Positions 29,672-39,817 are shown, counted from the stretch's first letter. The stretch: DNA of 64,000 nucleotides from an uncultured bacterium (GCA_964619725.1 CAZUFC010000014.1:32001-96000), one strand, 5' to 3'. The notes: generated by a model not told the origin, from the letters alone. Numbers and translations are program-made.

Positions 29672-30547
29672 TTATTCGAATGGTTCCTTTTTTGACAGCG
29701 CCGGCATGCGGTGGAAATAGAACACCAAAGCGCCCATTCTTATTTCATCGCCGTCTTTCAACAATTGCCTGTCTATTTTTTCTCCGTTTACATATACCGC
29801 GCTTTGTTTGCTGATGTCGTCCAGGTAGTAGAAGAGACCTGTCAGGTAGATTCTTGCGTGCCGTTCTTCCAGTCGGCTTTCCGGGTTGAATTGAAAATCG
29901 ACGTCATCTCCTGTTCCGAAAATATTGGTCCCGAATCTCAGCGAAAAATTTTCGATTATCCTTCCGTTTTGAACCTGCACCAATTTGCCGGTGAAGGGGA
30001 TCGGAGGCGATACGACGCTGTCCACGCGACGGTCTTCCTCAAAGTCCAGGTTGTCTCTTTTCTGAGCGGCGTGAAGGATGAGAAAGTTCAGTCCCAGGGA
30101 AACGGGCAACGGTATCCGCCCGGGCAGCGGGTGATTTTCCAGAAACTGAAAATGTCCGTCCTTCCATGAAAGCAGGTATGCTATTTCATCCAGGAATATT
30201 TCCTTGGACAGTTCGATTAAAGTTCCAGGGTCCAGATAACCTGCTTCGAGGATTGAAGATACTGCGAAACGGTCTTCCGCACGACAGATATTTATGGCTT
30301 CGAAAAGTTCGTTTCCTTCCAGGAGACTTCTTTCGGCAATAAAATTTTCAAACGTCCGGTTCAAACGTGAGGATTCTATCCAGATCAGCTCCTCCTGTTG
30401 GACGTAAAGCTCTACAACATCCGGTTCGCGCTCTATCCTCAGCATCCCGGACTTCCCGCCCATTTCCAGCAGGTGAAAAATCTCCGCCAGATCAATGACG
30501 CGAAGATATCCTTTAAAATCGTATATGGCCTTCTGATCTTCGCTCAT
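29672..30547 (-). CDS. DUF4388 (PATAN-like) domain + FHA domain protein
   Basis: FKGYL..IDLAEIFHLL...KSGML and W.DGHFQF; C-terminal RHARI...VYVNG...LKDGDEIRMG. Confidence 0.8.
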   Translation of the reverse strand: MSEDQKAIYDFKGYLRVIDLAEIFHLLEMGGKSGMLRIEREPDVVELYVQQEELIWIESSRLNRTFENFIAERSLLEGNELFEAINICRAEDRFAVSSILEAGYLDPGTLIELSKEIFLDEIAYLLSWKDGHFQFLENHPLPGRIPLPVSLGLNFLILHAAQKRDNLDFEEDRRVDSVVSPPIPFTGKLVQVQNGRIIENFSLRFGTNIFGTGDDVDFQFNPESRLEERHARIYLTGLFYYLDDISKQSAVYVNGEKIDRQLLKDGDEIRMGALVFYFHRMPALSKKEPFE

Positions 30548-30673
30548 CTAAAAGGCTGACGGAATAACACCGGCATGATCACCGCTTTTGCCGGCATGTT
30601 CCTGCCCTGCCTGCTCCTGTTGGGCTCACTCATCAATTCAATAAATTGTTTACTTCCAGATACGACGAGTCGC

Positions 30674-31087
30674 TTATTCGGTTTCAGTTTTTTCCGGGAT
30701 TATCGGAACGCAGGCATCCACGGGGCAGACAGAAGCGCATTTTTTACAGGCTGTGCATTTGACAGGATCGATCACGTAAATCGGGTCGCCTTCGGAAATG
30801 GCGTCTGCCGGGCATTCTTCCAGACAATTGCCGCAGGCTATGCATGAACCGTTAATGCGATAGGGAACCAAATTGGCCTTGACTTCGCCTTTCTGACGCA
30901 AAAGCTCCAGGTTCAACCTATGATAATATGCTGCTGATTCTTCACGCGCTTCTTTCAGATCATTGCTCAGGTCTATGTAAGAATTTCTTATATAGTCGAT
31001 TTCCTCACTGATGCCCTTGGATTTGAAATAATTGCGCAGAATCCCGATGATGATTGCGATCAGCAAGATCACTAATAACCACGTCAT
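30674..31087 (-). CDS. Membrane-anchored 2x[4Fe-4S] ferredoxin-domain protein
   Basis: N-terminal TM helix, coiled-coil-like linker, CIACGNCLEECP and CTACKKCASVCP. Confidence 0.85.
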   Translation of the reverse strand: MTWLLVILLIAIIIGILRNYFKSKGISEEIDYIRNSYIDLSNDLKEAREESAAYYHRLNLELLRQKGEVKANLVPYRINGSCIACGNCLEECPADAISEGDPIYVIDPVKCTACKKCASVCPVDACVPIIPEKTETE

Positions 31088-31252
31088 ATTGAATACTCCT
31101 TTTCAGCCATTTTTTCATTACGGCGCAGAGATGCCGAATCAAGGAGGAAAATAATTTATTTCCCGTTGCCTGTCAAGATTTTTCATGATACGTCCATGCG
31201 GGCAGCGAGCAAAGATTCTCAGACAGAACGAATGATCGATTTTCGAAAGAAT

Positions 31253-32221
31253 CTATCCTTTGTCCAGGATGCTGATCAGCGAATTCATCTTTTGCCGGGC
31301 GTTATCAAGGAAAACCCTGAGATTATTGGGATGATTGGCGAACAAACCGCCTTTGCTGCCGTTATGAACGATCAGGGGATTGAAAAAGGACTGGTCCAAT
31401 GAATAAATAATCTCATTGATGATCACTTCCGCATTTTTGTCTTCTATCACTTCGCTGAAGTCAATGGAAACAGCTTTCATCATGTGATTTATCCCGTATC
31501 CGACTCCCAGACCGTAATAAAATTCATCGTCCACTTTAAACCAGGATAACTCCTTGTTCGCTTTGGAAGAACTTCGTTGTTGAAGCGAAAAAACGTCGCC
31601 TCCACCCGCGTTCATCAGTCGCGTATTGATTCCTCCCAGAAGAGAGGCGTAATCAGTAAGCAACTGGATCAGATTATCGCTTCTGGGGTAGAACTGAGCT
31701 GTTTTAGCGGAATCAGTCAGTGATAATCTTGTTTCAAATGATTTAAGAGCCTCAATTCCTTTTTCGAATTTGCCTTCAGCCGACGGCAGCCACCATTTGT
31801 ATGCATCGTTGCTGAAATATTCAAAAGCCCTGGACGCGTCTTCATCGATCTTGTCCGTTGTTCGCGAACGGGAAAGATTCTCCTTCAATACCCGACTGGA
31901 ATATCGCACGGTTTCCAATACGCCGAGTTGAAAATTCGGACGATTGTCGATCCACCATCCCGGCGACACAATAATGTCGTTCGGCAACCATCCCCCGTCG
32001 CTGTTCAATTCCTGCTCCATCAAACGCATCAATACCGTAACGAAAACAGCTCCACGCTCCGCCGGCTCCTTCTCTTCAACCTTGAACTGCTCCGGCATCC
32101 CTGAAAAATATATCATTAAAATCACATATCCCAGAAAAATGATGCCGATTGCCCCCCCTATCGTCCTTCTTAATGTCTTACCGTTTTTTTCCTCTTCGCT
32201 TTTTTTCGCTTTTTCCGCCAT
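31253..32221 (-). CDS. DUF2333 family protein
   Basis: GGWLPND, DNRPNFQLG, PRSDNL, DDEFYY, LFANH motifs; one N-terminal TM. Confidence 0.85.
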   Translation of the reverse strand: MAEKAKKSEEEKNGKTLRRTIGGAIGIIFLGYVILMIYFSGMPEQFKVEEKEPAERGAVFVTVLMRLMEQELNSDGGWLPNDIIVSPGWWIDNRPNFQLGVLETVRYSSRVLKENLSRSRTTDKIDEDASRAFEYFSNDAYKWWLPSAEGKFEKGIEALKSFETRLSLTDSAKTAQFYPRSDNLIQLLTDYASLLGGINTRLMNAGGGDVFSLQQRSSSKANKELSWFKVDDEFYYGLGVGYGINHMMKAVSIDFSEVIEDKNAEVIINEIIYSLDQSFFNPLIVHNGSKGGLFANHPNNLRVFLDNARQKMNSLISILDKG

Positions 32222-32449
32222 CTGTTCACCTCCGTTAAATTTTATCGATCTCTTATTCTACTTTATTCGTTCACAAAAACAAATTCATTCTTCACGGTCC
32301 GAAGAATTTGAACTTCGAATTTCTCCTGGCGGGCATGAAAGAAGCCGGATCGAGCTGTTCATAAAAACGTCCCTGGGTGAAATAAACAGCATTAAGTTCA
32401 TTAAACAGACAGTTGCGTGTTCGGGGCGCATTCTGATGGTTATTGCAAT

Positions 32450-32503
32450 CAGTCAAATATTTTATGAAAAAGCGCAACCCCGGTTCGATCAGTCCCGAAA
32501 ATA
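32450..32503 (-). repeat. Dispersed intergenic element family A, copy 4 (5' half only)
   Basis: Reverse complement TATTTTCGGGACTGATCGAACCGGGGTTGCGCTTTTTCATAAAATATTTGACTG. Confidence 0.75.
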
Positions 32504-32596
32504 ATAATGTCGAATAATTTGAAAAATAAAAAAAAATTATTAAAATGAACGGCGTTGAAATTATGAGTCGACAACCCAAAAAACAGGAGGTTTAAA

Positions 32597-34537
32597 TTGA
32601 AAAAATCGGGACGTTCGAAAGTAACTGGGATATTGTTCTCGGTAATTCCTGTATTTTTCTTAGCTTTCAGCAGTACGGGATCAGCCTATGTTTTAATTGA
32701 TGAATTGTATTACGATCACCCAGGCACGGACCTCGGTTATGAATATGTCGAGCTTTACAATACCGGAACATCCGCCGTTAATCTGGACGGCTGGCGCATT
32801 CAATGGGCCGGGACCGATTTCACGCATGCGGAATATCAGATTACCGGTAACTATTGGATTGAGGGGGGCGGTTATTTTTTGATCGGAGGTTCTAATGTGC
32901 ACGGGGTATTCGGCGTACCGCCCGATATAGTTCATAATTTTGATCCTCCTTTCCAGAATTCAGGTACAGAAACAGACGGCGTGCGTATAATCAATGATCT
33001 GGACCCTTTCACCTGGTCCGACACGGTGCTGTATGGAACTCCGAACAGCAACAATCTTCCGAAAGACATTAACGGGCCTCCTGCGGACGACGATGAGTGT
33101 GCGCCTGATGTGGAGGAAGGGCAGAGTTTATCCCGGTTGGCATCCCATATCGATTCTCAAAACTGCAGGCTTGATTTTCAAGTGCTGGCGAACCCGGACC
33201 CCCAATCGGGCGTTACAGGAACGCCCACTCCGACGCCGTATCCCGTATACCCCATCGATCCCGGCGCCGTCTTAATCAGCGAAGTCATATACAATCCCGA
33301 CGGCGGAGACACGGACAGCGAGTGGTTGGAGCTTTACAACACTCTGGATGAAGACGTGAACCTGGCGGGCTGCACGATACAAAGCGGCGGAACGACGTTT
33401 GCTCATAATGTGACCATTACGGAAGGGATTATTCCGGCGAACGGTTACTTTTTCCTTTATGAAGGTTTGGTTTCGCCTCCTGCAGGACCGAACAAACTCC
33501 AGGTGAATTTTGATCCGCAGTTCCAGAACGGCGAGGATGTCGCGGACGGCATAAGGCTGCTGGATTCTTTCCAGGTTGTCGTGGACACGATTCTTTATGC
33601 ATCCGACAACAACGGCAGCGAATTGCCCGATGACGATGACGATCCCGCCCCGGATAATGAGGTTGCCCCTCCTGTAAATGCGGGCTGGGCGCTGGGCCGT
33701 TGTCCCTCATCAGGTTCCGATACGAATAATTCGGCGATTGACTTCTGGCCTGTAGCGCCCGCGGATATAACCAAGAACGGTCCGAACATATGCGTGCCGC
33801 CGTCCGTCACCCCCACGCCGACAGATACGCCGGAAGCTACGTTGACTCCGACCGCGACCCCCACCTGTTTCATCGAAGCGGGCGCTGTCGTGATTAATGA
33901 GTTGATGCCGAATCCTGACGGTTCAGACGATGGCCGGGAATGGCTGGAAATTGTGAATCTTTCCGATGAAGCCATAGACCTTTCAAATTTTATTGTGGAA
34001 AGTTCAACCGGCAGCAATGACGCTTTTGAAGAAAGTTTCGTCCTGCCCGACGATGCCGGCTCAATGACGCTTAATCCCGGCGAATACATGCTCATAGCCG
34101 AGTCAGGCGTCGACGTCTCCTCGGTTCCCGGAACGACTTCGATTTATCAACCTATGGACAGCGGAGGACTCAACATTGACATGCAAAACGGAGGCAGTCA
34201 TTCGGAAGGTCTCCGTCTCCGATGCCCCTCAGGAGGCATGGTCGTCGATACCGTGATCTATTCCTCACCCAATTCCAACGACATCCAGGGCGATGCAGGA
34301 GACCCCTATGGGCAATCACCCGCCCCTGAACCCGAATCTGGAAAAACGCTGGCGCGACTCCCCGACGGCTCCGATACAGACGTCTGCCAGGTCGATTTTC
34401 AGAATGTCGGACCAGATAAAATTACTATGGGCTTCTCCAACGATCAGGTTCTGCCCGCTACCGGTCTCGCCTCCTTGCTGGTCCTGCTCCTGAGCGTCAC
34501 AGCGCTCCTGTTCTTTGGAACAAAAAAAGGACATTGA
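32597..34537 (+). CDS. Secreted protein with three lamin-tail (LTD)-like domains and C-terminal sorting signal
   Basis: Three V.I.E..Y/P.P.G.D...EW.E.YN units separated by PT-rich linkers; ends VLPATGLASLLVLLLSVTALLFFGTKKGH. Confidence 0.85.
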   Translation: MKKSGRSKVTGILFSVIPVFFLAFSSTGSAYVLIDELYYDHPGTDLGYEYVELYNTGTSAVNLDGWRIQWAGTDFTHAEYQITGNYWIEGGGYFLIGGSNVHGVFGVPPDIVHNFDPPFQNSGTETDGVRIINDLDPFTWSDTVLYGTPNSNNLPKDINGPPADDDECAPDVEEGQSLSRLASHIDSQNCRLDFQVLANPDPQSGVTGTPTPTPYPVYPIDPGAVLISEVIYNPDGGDTDSEWLELYNTLDEDVNLAGCTIQSGGTTFAHNVTITEGIIPANGYFFLYEGLVSPPAGPNKLQVNFDPQFQNGEDVADGIRLLDSFQVVVDTILYASDNNGSELPDDDDDPAPDNEVAPPVNAGWALGRCPSSGSDTNNSAIDFWPVAPADITKNGPNICVPPSVTPTPTDTPEATLTPTATPTCFIEAGAVVINELMPNPDGSDDGREWLEIVNLSDEAIDLSNFIVESSTGSNDAFEESFVLPDDAGSMTLNPGEYMLIAESGVDVSSVPGTTSIYQPMDSGGLNIDMQNGGSHSEGLRLRCPSGGMVVDTVIYSSPNSNDIQGDAGDPYGQSPAPEPESGKTLARLPDGSDTDVCQVDFQNVGPDKITMGFSNDQVLPATGLASLLVLLLSVTALLFFGTKKGH

Positions 34538-34731
34538 AAAAAAACCTCGCATGATTGTTCAGCGTCAGGACGCATTTTTTTACAATGAGTATACCGTCAG
34601 GCATCATTCTGCCGGATTTCAATCTGCTGCTTGACAACTTGAATCGAGTTATGCTAATAAAATCAGCGATTTTCACAGGACGCAGTTCTGTCCGACAGTG
34701 AATCCGATTCGCAAGAGAGAAAGGGGTCAAC

Positions 34732-35010
34732 ATGACTAAAGAGCATATCGTAAACAGGATTTGGGATAATCTGGACATAACGAGAACTGAGGCGGCAGAA
34801 GCCGTCGATATTCTTATCGATACTTTAAAAACGTGTTTGAAAGAAGAAGAAAAATTAAAATTCGGCGGATTCGGGGTTTTCGAAGTCAGGCATCGCAAGG
34901 CTCGAATGGGCCGTAATCCCAAAACGGGAAAGCCTGCTGAAATAAAAGAGGGGAAAACGATAAAATTTAAACCGGGCAAACCCCTTAAGATGGCAGTATT
35001 GGAAAAATAG
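34732..35010 (+). CDS. HU/IHF family DNA-binding protein
   Basis: MTKEHIV, GFGVFEV, RMGRNPKTG, KFKPGK. Confidence 0.95.
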   Translation: MTKEHIVNRIWDNLDITRTEAAEAVDILIDTLKTCLKEEEKLKFGGFGVFEVRHRKARMGRNPKTGKPAEIKEGKTIKFKPGKPLKMAVLEK

Positions 35011-35141
35011 TCTTTATTCTGAATAATACAAGAAGCTGTTTTCATCGGCGACGGTTTCCATGATCGAAGAACGGGTCGGTCAATCGGATATATTCATTGG
35101 AAATCGCCGCTGAATGAAATTTTTCGCTGACAGGAGGAACA

Positions 35142-36260
35142 ATGAGCGATTCTGAGTCAAAGAATCTTAAAAAAACCGCATTATACGAAACTCATAAAAA
35201 ATACGGCGGAAGAATAGTGCCTTTCGCCGGTTGGCTGATGCCGATACAGTATAGTTCAATAATCGATGAACATAACGCCGTGCGCCGAAAAGCGGGACTA
35301 TTCGATGTGAGTCACATGGGTGAAATTGAATTTATCGGACCTGATGCCTTGAAAACAGTGCAGAATCTTATATCAAATGATGCTTCAAAGCTGGAAGACG
35401 GACAGGCTCAATATTCCGGTTTGCTTTATGAGAAAGGAACGTTCGTCGACGATATACTCGTATACAAAATCAAAGACGATCATTATATGATGGTCGTCAA
35501 TGCGGCCAATACATCCAAGGATTATGAATGGATAAAATCGCACGTCAAGGGGGACGTATCTGTAGAAAACATAAGCGATCAGGTGGTTCAACTGGCGCTG
35601 CAGGGCCCCGATTCTCAGAACATATTGCAGAAGTTGACGGAAACGAAACTGGAGGAACTGCCCTATTACTGGTCCGTAATGGGAAAAGTAGCCGGCAGGA
35701 CGGCGAGGATTTCCCGGACAGGATATACGGGCGAGCATGGTTATGAGTGCTATGTATCTCCTGAAGACGGTCCTGAAGTATGGGAAGCGATATTCGATGC
35801 CGCAAAGGACGGATTTGTGGTTAAACCGGTCGGATTGGGCGCCCGGGACACATTGAGGCTTGAAGCCGGCATGCCTCTATACGGCAACGACATTGACGAT
35901 ACGACGACGCCTTATGAAGCGAAACTGGGCTGGATAGTCAAGTTGAAAAAAGGCGATTTTATCGGTTCGGAGGCTTTAAAGAAGCAAAGAAAAGAGGGCA
36001 CGACAAGGCGGCTGATGGGAGTGGAGGCGCTGGAGCGGGGCATACCGAGACCCGGATATCCTCTTTATTATGAAGGCGAAAAGATCGGCGAATTCACCAG
36101 CGGCACATCTTCTCCGTCTTTGAAAAAAGGCATAGGCATGGCGTATGTTCCCCGTAACCTGGCTAATCCGGGTTTGAAAGTGGAAATGGGCATCAGAAAA
36201 AGGAAAGTCGCCGGGGAAATTACGGCATTGCCGTTTTACAACAAAAAAACGAACCAGTAG
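35142..36260 (+). CDS. gcvT: Glycine cleavage system aminomethyltransferase T
   Basis: GLFDVSHMGE, SRTGYTGE, GLGARDTLRLEAG. Confidence 0.97.
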   Translation: MSDSESKNLKKTALYETHKKYGGRIVPFAGWLMPIQYSSIIDEHNAVRRKAGLFDVSHMGEIEFIGPDALKTVQNLISNDASKLEDGQAQYSGLLYEKGTFVDDILVYKIKDDHYMMVVNAANTSKDYEWIKSHVKGDVSVENISDQVVQLALQGPDSQNILQKLTETKLEELPYYWSVMGKVAGRTARISRTGYTGEHGYECYVSPEDGPEVWEAIFDAAKDGFVVKPVGLGARDTLRLEAGMPLYGNDIDDTTTPYEAKLGWIVKLKKGDFIGSEALKKQRKEGTTRRLMGVEALERGIPRPGYPLYYEGEKIGEFTSGTSSPSLKKGIGMAYVPRNLANPGLKVEMGIRKRKVAGEITALPFYNKKTNQ

Positions 36261-36405
36261 TTCAGCAACGGATTATCATTTATATTCCATGGAATTAATT
36301 TGTTGTTTAGGTAAAAAAGAGATCGATACGGACAGAATAACTTGAAACGGGCGGAAAGAAGGCGAAGCCGGAACTTTCCGCCAGAAAAACCATAAAGGAG
36401 GCAAC

Positions 36406-36795
36406 ATGTATCCTTCAAATTTTAAATATACGAAAAGTCATGAATGGATCGAGATCAATGATGATGAAGGAAAAGTGGGCATAACGGATCATGCGCAATC
36501 TCATTTAGGCGATATCGTTTATGTGGAAAGACCTGAAGTCGGTGATTCGGTAGAAGCGGGAGAACCTTTCGGGACTATCGAATCGGTAAAGGCTGTTGAA
36601 GACGTTTATGCGCCGATGTCGGGAAAAGTCGTCGCAGTGAACGACAAGCTGGAGGACGAACCTGAACTGATTAATGAAGACCCCCACGGAGAAGGGTGGA
36701 TAATAAAAATAAAACTCAGTGATATGGATGAATCCGAGGAACTGATGAACGTGGACAAATACGAGGAATTCGCTGCTGAAGACGAAGAAGATTAA
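36406..36795 (+). CDS. gcvH: Glycine cleavage system H protein
   Basis: HEW, GITDHAQ, lipoyl site ESVKA. Confidence 0.97.
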   Translation: MYPSNFKYTKSHEWIEINDDEGKVGITDHAQSHLGDIVYVERPEVGDSVEAGEPFGTIESVKAVEDVYAPMSGKVVAVNDKLEDEPELINEDPHGEGWIIKIKLSDMDESEELMNVDKYEEFAAEDEED

Positions 36796-36814
36796 TCTAT
36801 AGGAAAAGGATATT

Positions 36815-38164
36815 ATGAGATATATTCCTCATACTGATGAAGATATTCGAAAGATGCTGGAAAAAATAGGCGTCGCTTCTCCGGCAGAGCTTTTCTCGGA
36901 TATTCCGGAAAATGTCCGGTTGAAAGGTGAGCTTAATCTTCCCGATTCCAAGTCCGAGCAGGATGTCGTCAGAGAATTCAATGAATTTTCTAAAACCGAA
37001 AATGCCTGCACGGATAAATTCAGTTATTTTCTGGGCGCCGGAGCATATCCGCATTATGTGCCGGCTCCGGTTTCTCAACTGGTCAACCGGGGAGAATTTT
37101 TAACGGCTTACACACCATATCAGCCGGAAGTCAGCCAGGGTTCCCTGCAGGCATTTTTTGAATTTCAGACAATGATTTGCATGTTGACGGGAATGGATTA
37201 TTCCAATGCATCACTTTACGACGGAGCGACGGCAGTTGCTGAAGCTGCGATGCTATCCGTCCGCAAGAAGAGAAAAAAGAAAATACTATGCTCTCGCACA
37301 TTGCATCCTTATTACAGAAGCGTATTGAAAACCTATTTCGCCTTTAACGACGGCGAAATAGAAGAAATAGGCTTTACGGAATCCGGAACGACGGATATGA
37401 AAGAGCTGTCCGACAAAATAGATCAGGACACGGCAGCAGTGATCGTTCAGTCGCCTAATTTTTTTGGACGGCTCGAAGATTTGAAGAAGATACGCGCTAT
37501 GACTGAAGATAAAAAATCGCTTTTTGTCTCCGTGGTCTCCGAATTATTATCGCTGGGTTTGCTGAAACCGCCGGGAGAATACGGCGCCGACATCGTGGTG
37601 GGAGAATCTCAATCATTCGGCAACTCCCTCAATTACGGCGGACCTTACGTCGGATTCATGGCCGCTCAAAAGAAATTTCTGCGAACCATGCCCGGACGCC
37701 TGGTGGGACAAACAGTGGATTCCAAAGGCCGCAAGGGTTACGTACTCACCCTGTCCACGAGGGAACAACACATCCGAAGAGAGCGCGCCACATCAAACAT
37801 CTGCACCAATCAAGCCCTGTGTGCACTCAGCGCCGTCATTCATATGTCCCTGCTGGGAAAAAAAGGCATAAGAGAACTGGCCGTCCTGAATGCTCAGAAA
37901 GCTCACTATGCCTGGAATAAACTTAAAAATCTGAAGGGAATCAAGGAACGCTACCCGCGTCCGTTTTTCAATGAATTCACCCTCTCCTTCGATAAAGACG
38001 TCGATACTATAAACCGGAAACTGGCGGAAAAAAATATTATAGGCGGATTCAATCTCGGAAAAGAATATCCCGAATTGAAAAACGAAATGCTTTTATGCGT
38101 TACGGAATTAAACTCTAAAAAGGATATAGACCGTCTGGCGAACGCCCTGGAAGAAATACTCTGA
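36815..38164 (+). CDS. gcvPA: Glycine dehydrogenase subunit 1
   Basis: TAYTPYQPEVSQG, TREQHIRRERATSNICTN. Confidence 0.97.
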   Translation: MRYIPHTDEDIRKMLEKIGVASPAELFSDIPENVRLKGELNLPDSKSEQDVVREFNEFSKTENACTDKFSYFLGAGAYPHYVPAPVSQLVNRGEFLTAYTPYQPEVSQGSLQAFFEFQTMICMLTGMDYSNASLYDGATAVAEAAMLSVRKKRKKKILCSRTLHPYYRSVLKTYFAFNDGEIEEIGFTESGTTDMKELSDKIDQDTAAVIVQSPNFFGRLEDLKKIRAMTEDKKSLFVSVVSELLSLGLLKPPGEYGADIVVGESQSFGNSLNYGGPYVGFMAAQKKFLRTMPGRLVGQTVDSKGRKGYVLTLSTREQHIRRERATSNICTNQALCALSAVIHMSLLGKKGIRELAVLNAQKAHYAWNKLKNLKGIKERYPRPFFNEFTLSFDKDVDTINRKLAEKNIIGGFNLGKEYPELKNEMLLCVTELNSKKDIDRLANALEEIL

Positions 38165-38311
38165 CATTAGCCGTTCGTCTCGACTGCACGGCATGCTGCC
38201 GAACCTGACCGGCTGTTTTTCGGGACCATTTCACATCGACATGGCTTGCATGCTTTTTCCGTAAACAAAAAAACAACAATTCCTGCAAACCGGGAGGAAT
38301 CAATAAAGCTC

Positions 38312-39817
38312 ATGAGTAATGAAAAATACAGCAGACCGGGGACCTCCGGATTAATTTTCGAGGAACCTCCGATTTTTGAGATAAGCAGTCCGGGTCGCCA
38401 GGGAGCGGACATACCCGTTCCGGATACGCCCGTGGAACCTCTGGAATCCTTATTCAACGAGGAGGAAATTCGTGATGAGATCGAAGATTTTCCGGAGGTG
38501 AGCGAGTTCGATGTCGTCAGACATTTTACTCGATTATCGCAATGGAATTTCGCCATAGACCTGGGATTCTATCCTTTAGGTTCCTGCACCATGAAATACA
38601 ACCCCCGGGTCAATGAAATGACGGCTTCCCTTCCTTTTTTCAGGGGAGCGCATCCCATGCAACCTGAAGAATATTCCCAGGCTTGTCTCAAGGTTATGTA
38701 TGAACTGGAAGAAGCGTTGAAAGAAATATGCGGATTTAATGCGGTTTCGCTTCAACCTTCTGCCGGAGCGCACGGAGAATTAACCGGATTGCTTCTAATA
38801 AGAGCATATCTGAATGATCACGGGGCGGCGGACAAAGATATCGTTTTGATTCCCAATTCTGCTCACGGCACTAATCCGGCCAGCAGCGTGACCGGCGGAT
38901 TCAAAACGGTTGAAGTCGATACCAGAAGCGACGGTTGTATGGATGTAGAGGATTTGAAAAGCAAGTTGAATGACAAGATAGCCGCCATAATGGTTACCAA
39001 TCCGAATACTCTCGGAATATTCGAAAAGGATATTTGTGAAGTAAGCGGCATGATTCATGATGCCGGCGGGCTGGTTTACTGTGACGGCGCCAACATGAAC
39101 GCCATGCTAGGAATAGCCAGACCCGGAGATATGGGAATCGACGTCATACATGTCAACCTCCATAAAACATTCTCCACGCCTCACGGAGGAGGCGGTCCCG
39201 GCGCCGGGCCGGTAGCGGTGAATGAAAAATTAGAACCCTACCTTCCCATGCCGGGCATCCTTAAAGAAAACGATAAGTTTAGACTCAACTGGGACATACC
39301 GAAATCAATCGGCAAAGTCAGCACATTTTACGGCAACTTCGCTGTTATGGTCCGTGCCCTTACCTACATCAAATCACTCGGTAAAGACGGTTTAAAAAGA
39401 ATTTCTGAAATGGCCGTCCTGAACGCTAATTATGTCAGAAAAAGCCTGGAACAGGAATACAACATCCCGTATAACGTCCTCTGCAAGCATGAAGTCATAA
39501 TGAATGATAAAAAACAGAGCAAATTCGGGGTTTCTACGATGGATATCGCCAAACGACTCCTGGATTACGGATTCCATCCGCCGACAGTATACTTCCCCCT
39601 CATCGTTCCCGGAGCCCTCATGATCGAACCCACTGAAAATGAAAGCAAAAAAACGATCGATGCCTTCATTCAAGCCCTGAAAGACATCTCCGCTGAAGCT
39701 CAAAAGAATCCCGATGCTCTCCATTCTGCGCCTCATCTGACCAAACGGACAAGACTGGATGAAACAAAAGCAGCCAGAAATCCTGTACTTAAAATGCAAA
39801 AAGAGGATAATTCATGA
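38312..39817 (+). CDS. gcvPB: Glycine dehydrogenase subunit 2
   Basis: LGSCTMKYNP, SAHGTNPAS, PLP site NLHKTFSTPHGGGGPG; start placed at ATG 38312. Confidence 0.97.
   Translation: MSNEKYSRPGTSGLIFEEPPIFEISSPGRQGADIPVPDTPVEPLESLFNEEEIRDEIEDFPEVSEFDVVRHFTRLSQWNFAIDLGFYPLGSCTMKYNPRVNEMTASLPFFRGAHPMQPEEYSQACLKVMYELEEALKEICGFNAVSLQPSAGAHGELTGLLLIRAYLNDHGAADKDIVLIPNSAHGTNPASSVTGGFKTVEVDTRSDGCMDVEDLKSKLNDKIAAIMVTNPNTLGIFEKDICEVSGMIHDAGGLVYCDGANMNAMLGIARPGDMGIDVIHVNLHKTFSTPHGGGGPGAGPVAVNEKLEPYLPMPGILKENDKFRLNWDIPKSIGKVSTFYGNFAVMVRALTYIKSLGKDGLKRISEMAVLNANYVRKSLEQEYNIPYNVLCKHEVIMNDKKQSKFGVSTMDIAKRLLDYGFHPPTVYFPLIVPGALMIEPTENESKKTIDAFIQALKDISAEAQKNPDALHSAPHLTKRTRLDETKAARNPVLKMQKEDNS

Noticed and set aside
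34448-34537. Calling LPATG proof of a Gram-positive sortase A system
   Set aside because: The two sibling tails (IPATT, VPAAK) lack the LPXTG Gly, and the gene content suggests a diderm envelope; treated as part of the broader [ILV]PA signal.
35011-35141. Glycine riboswitch upstream of gcvT
   Set aside because: An imperfect long stem exists (TTCATCGGCGACGGTTTCCA / TGGAAATCGCCGCTGAATGAA), but the GGAGA, CCGAAG and CTCTCAGG signatures are absent.
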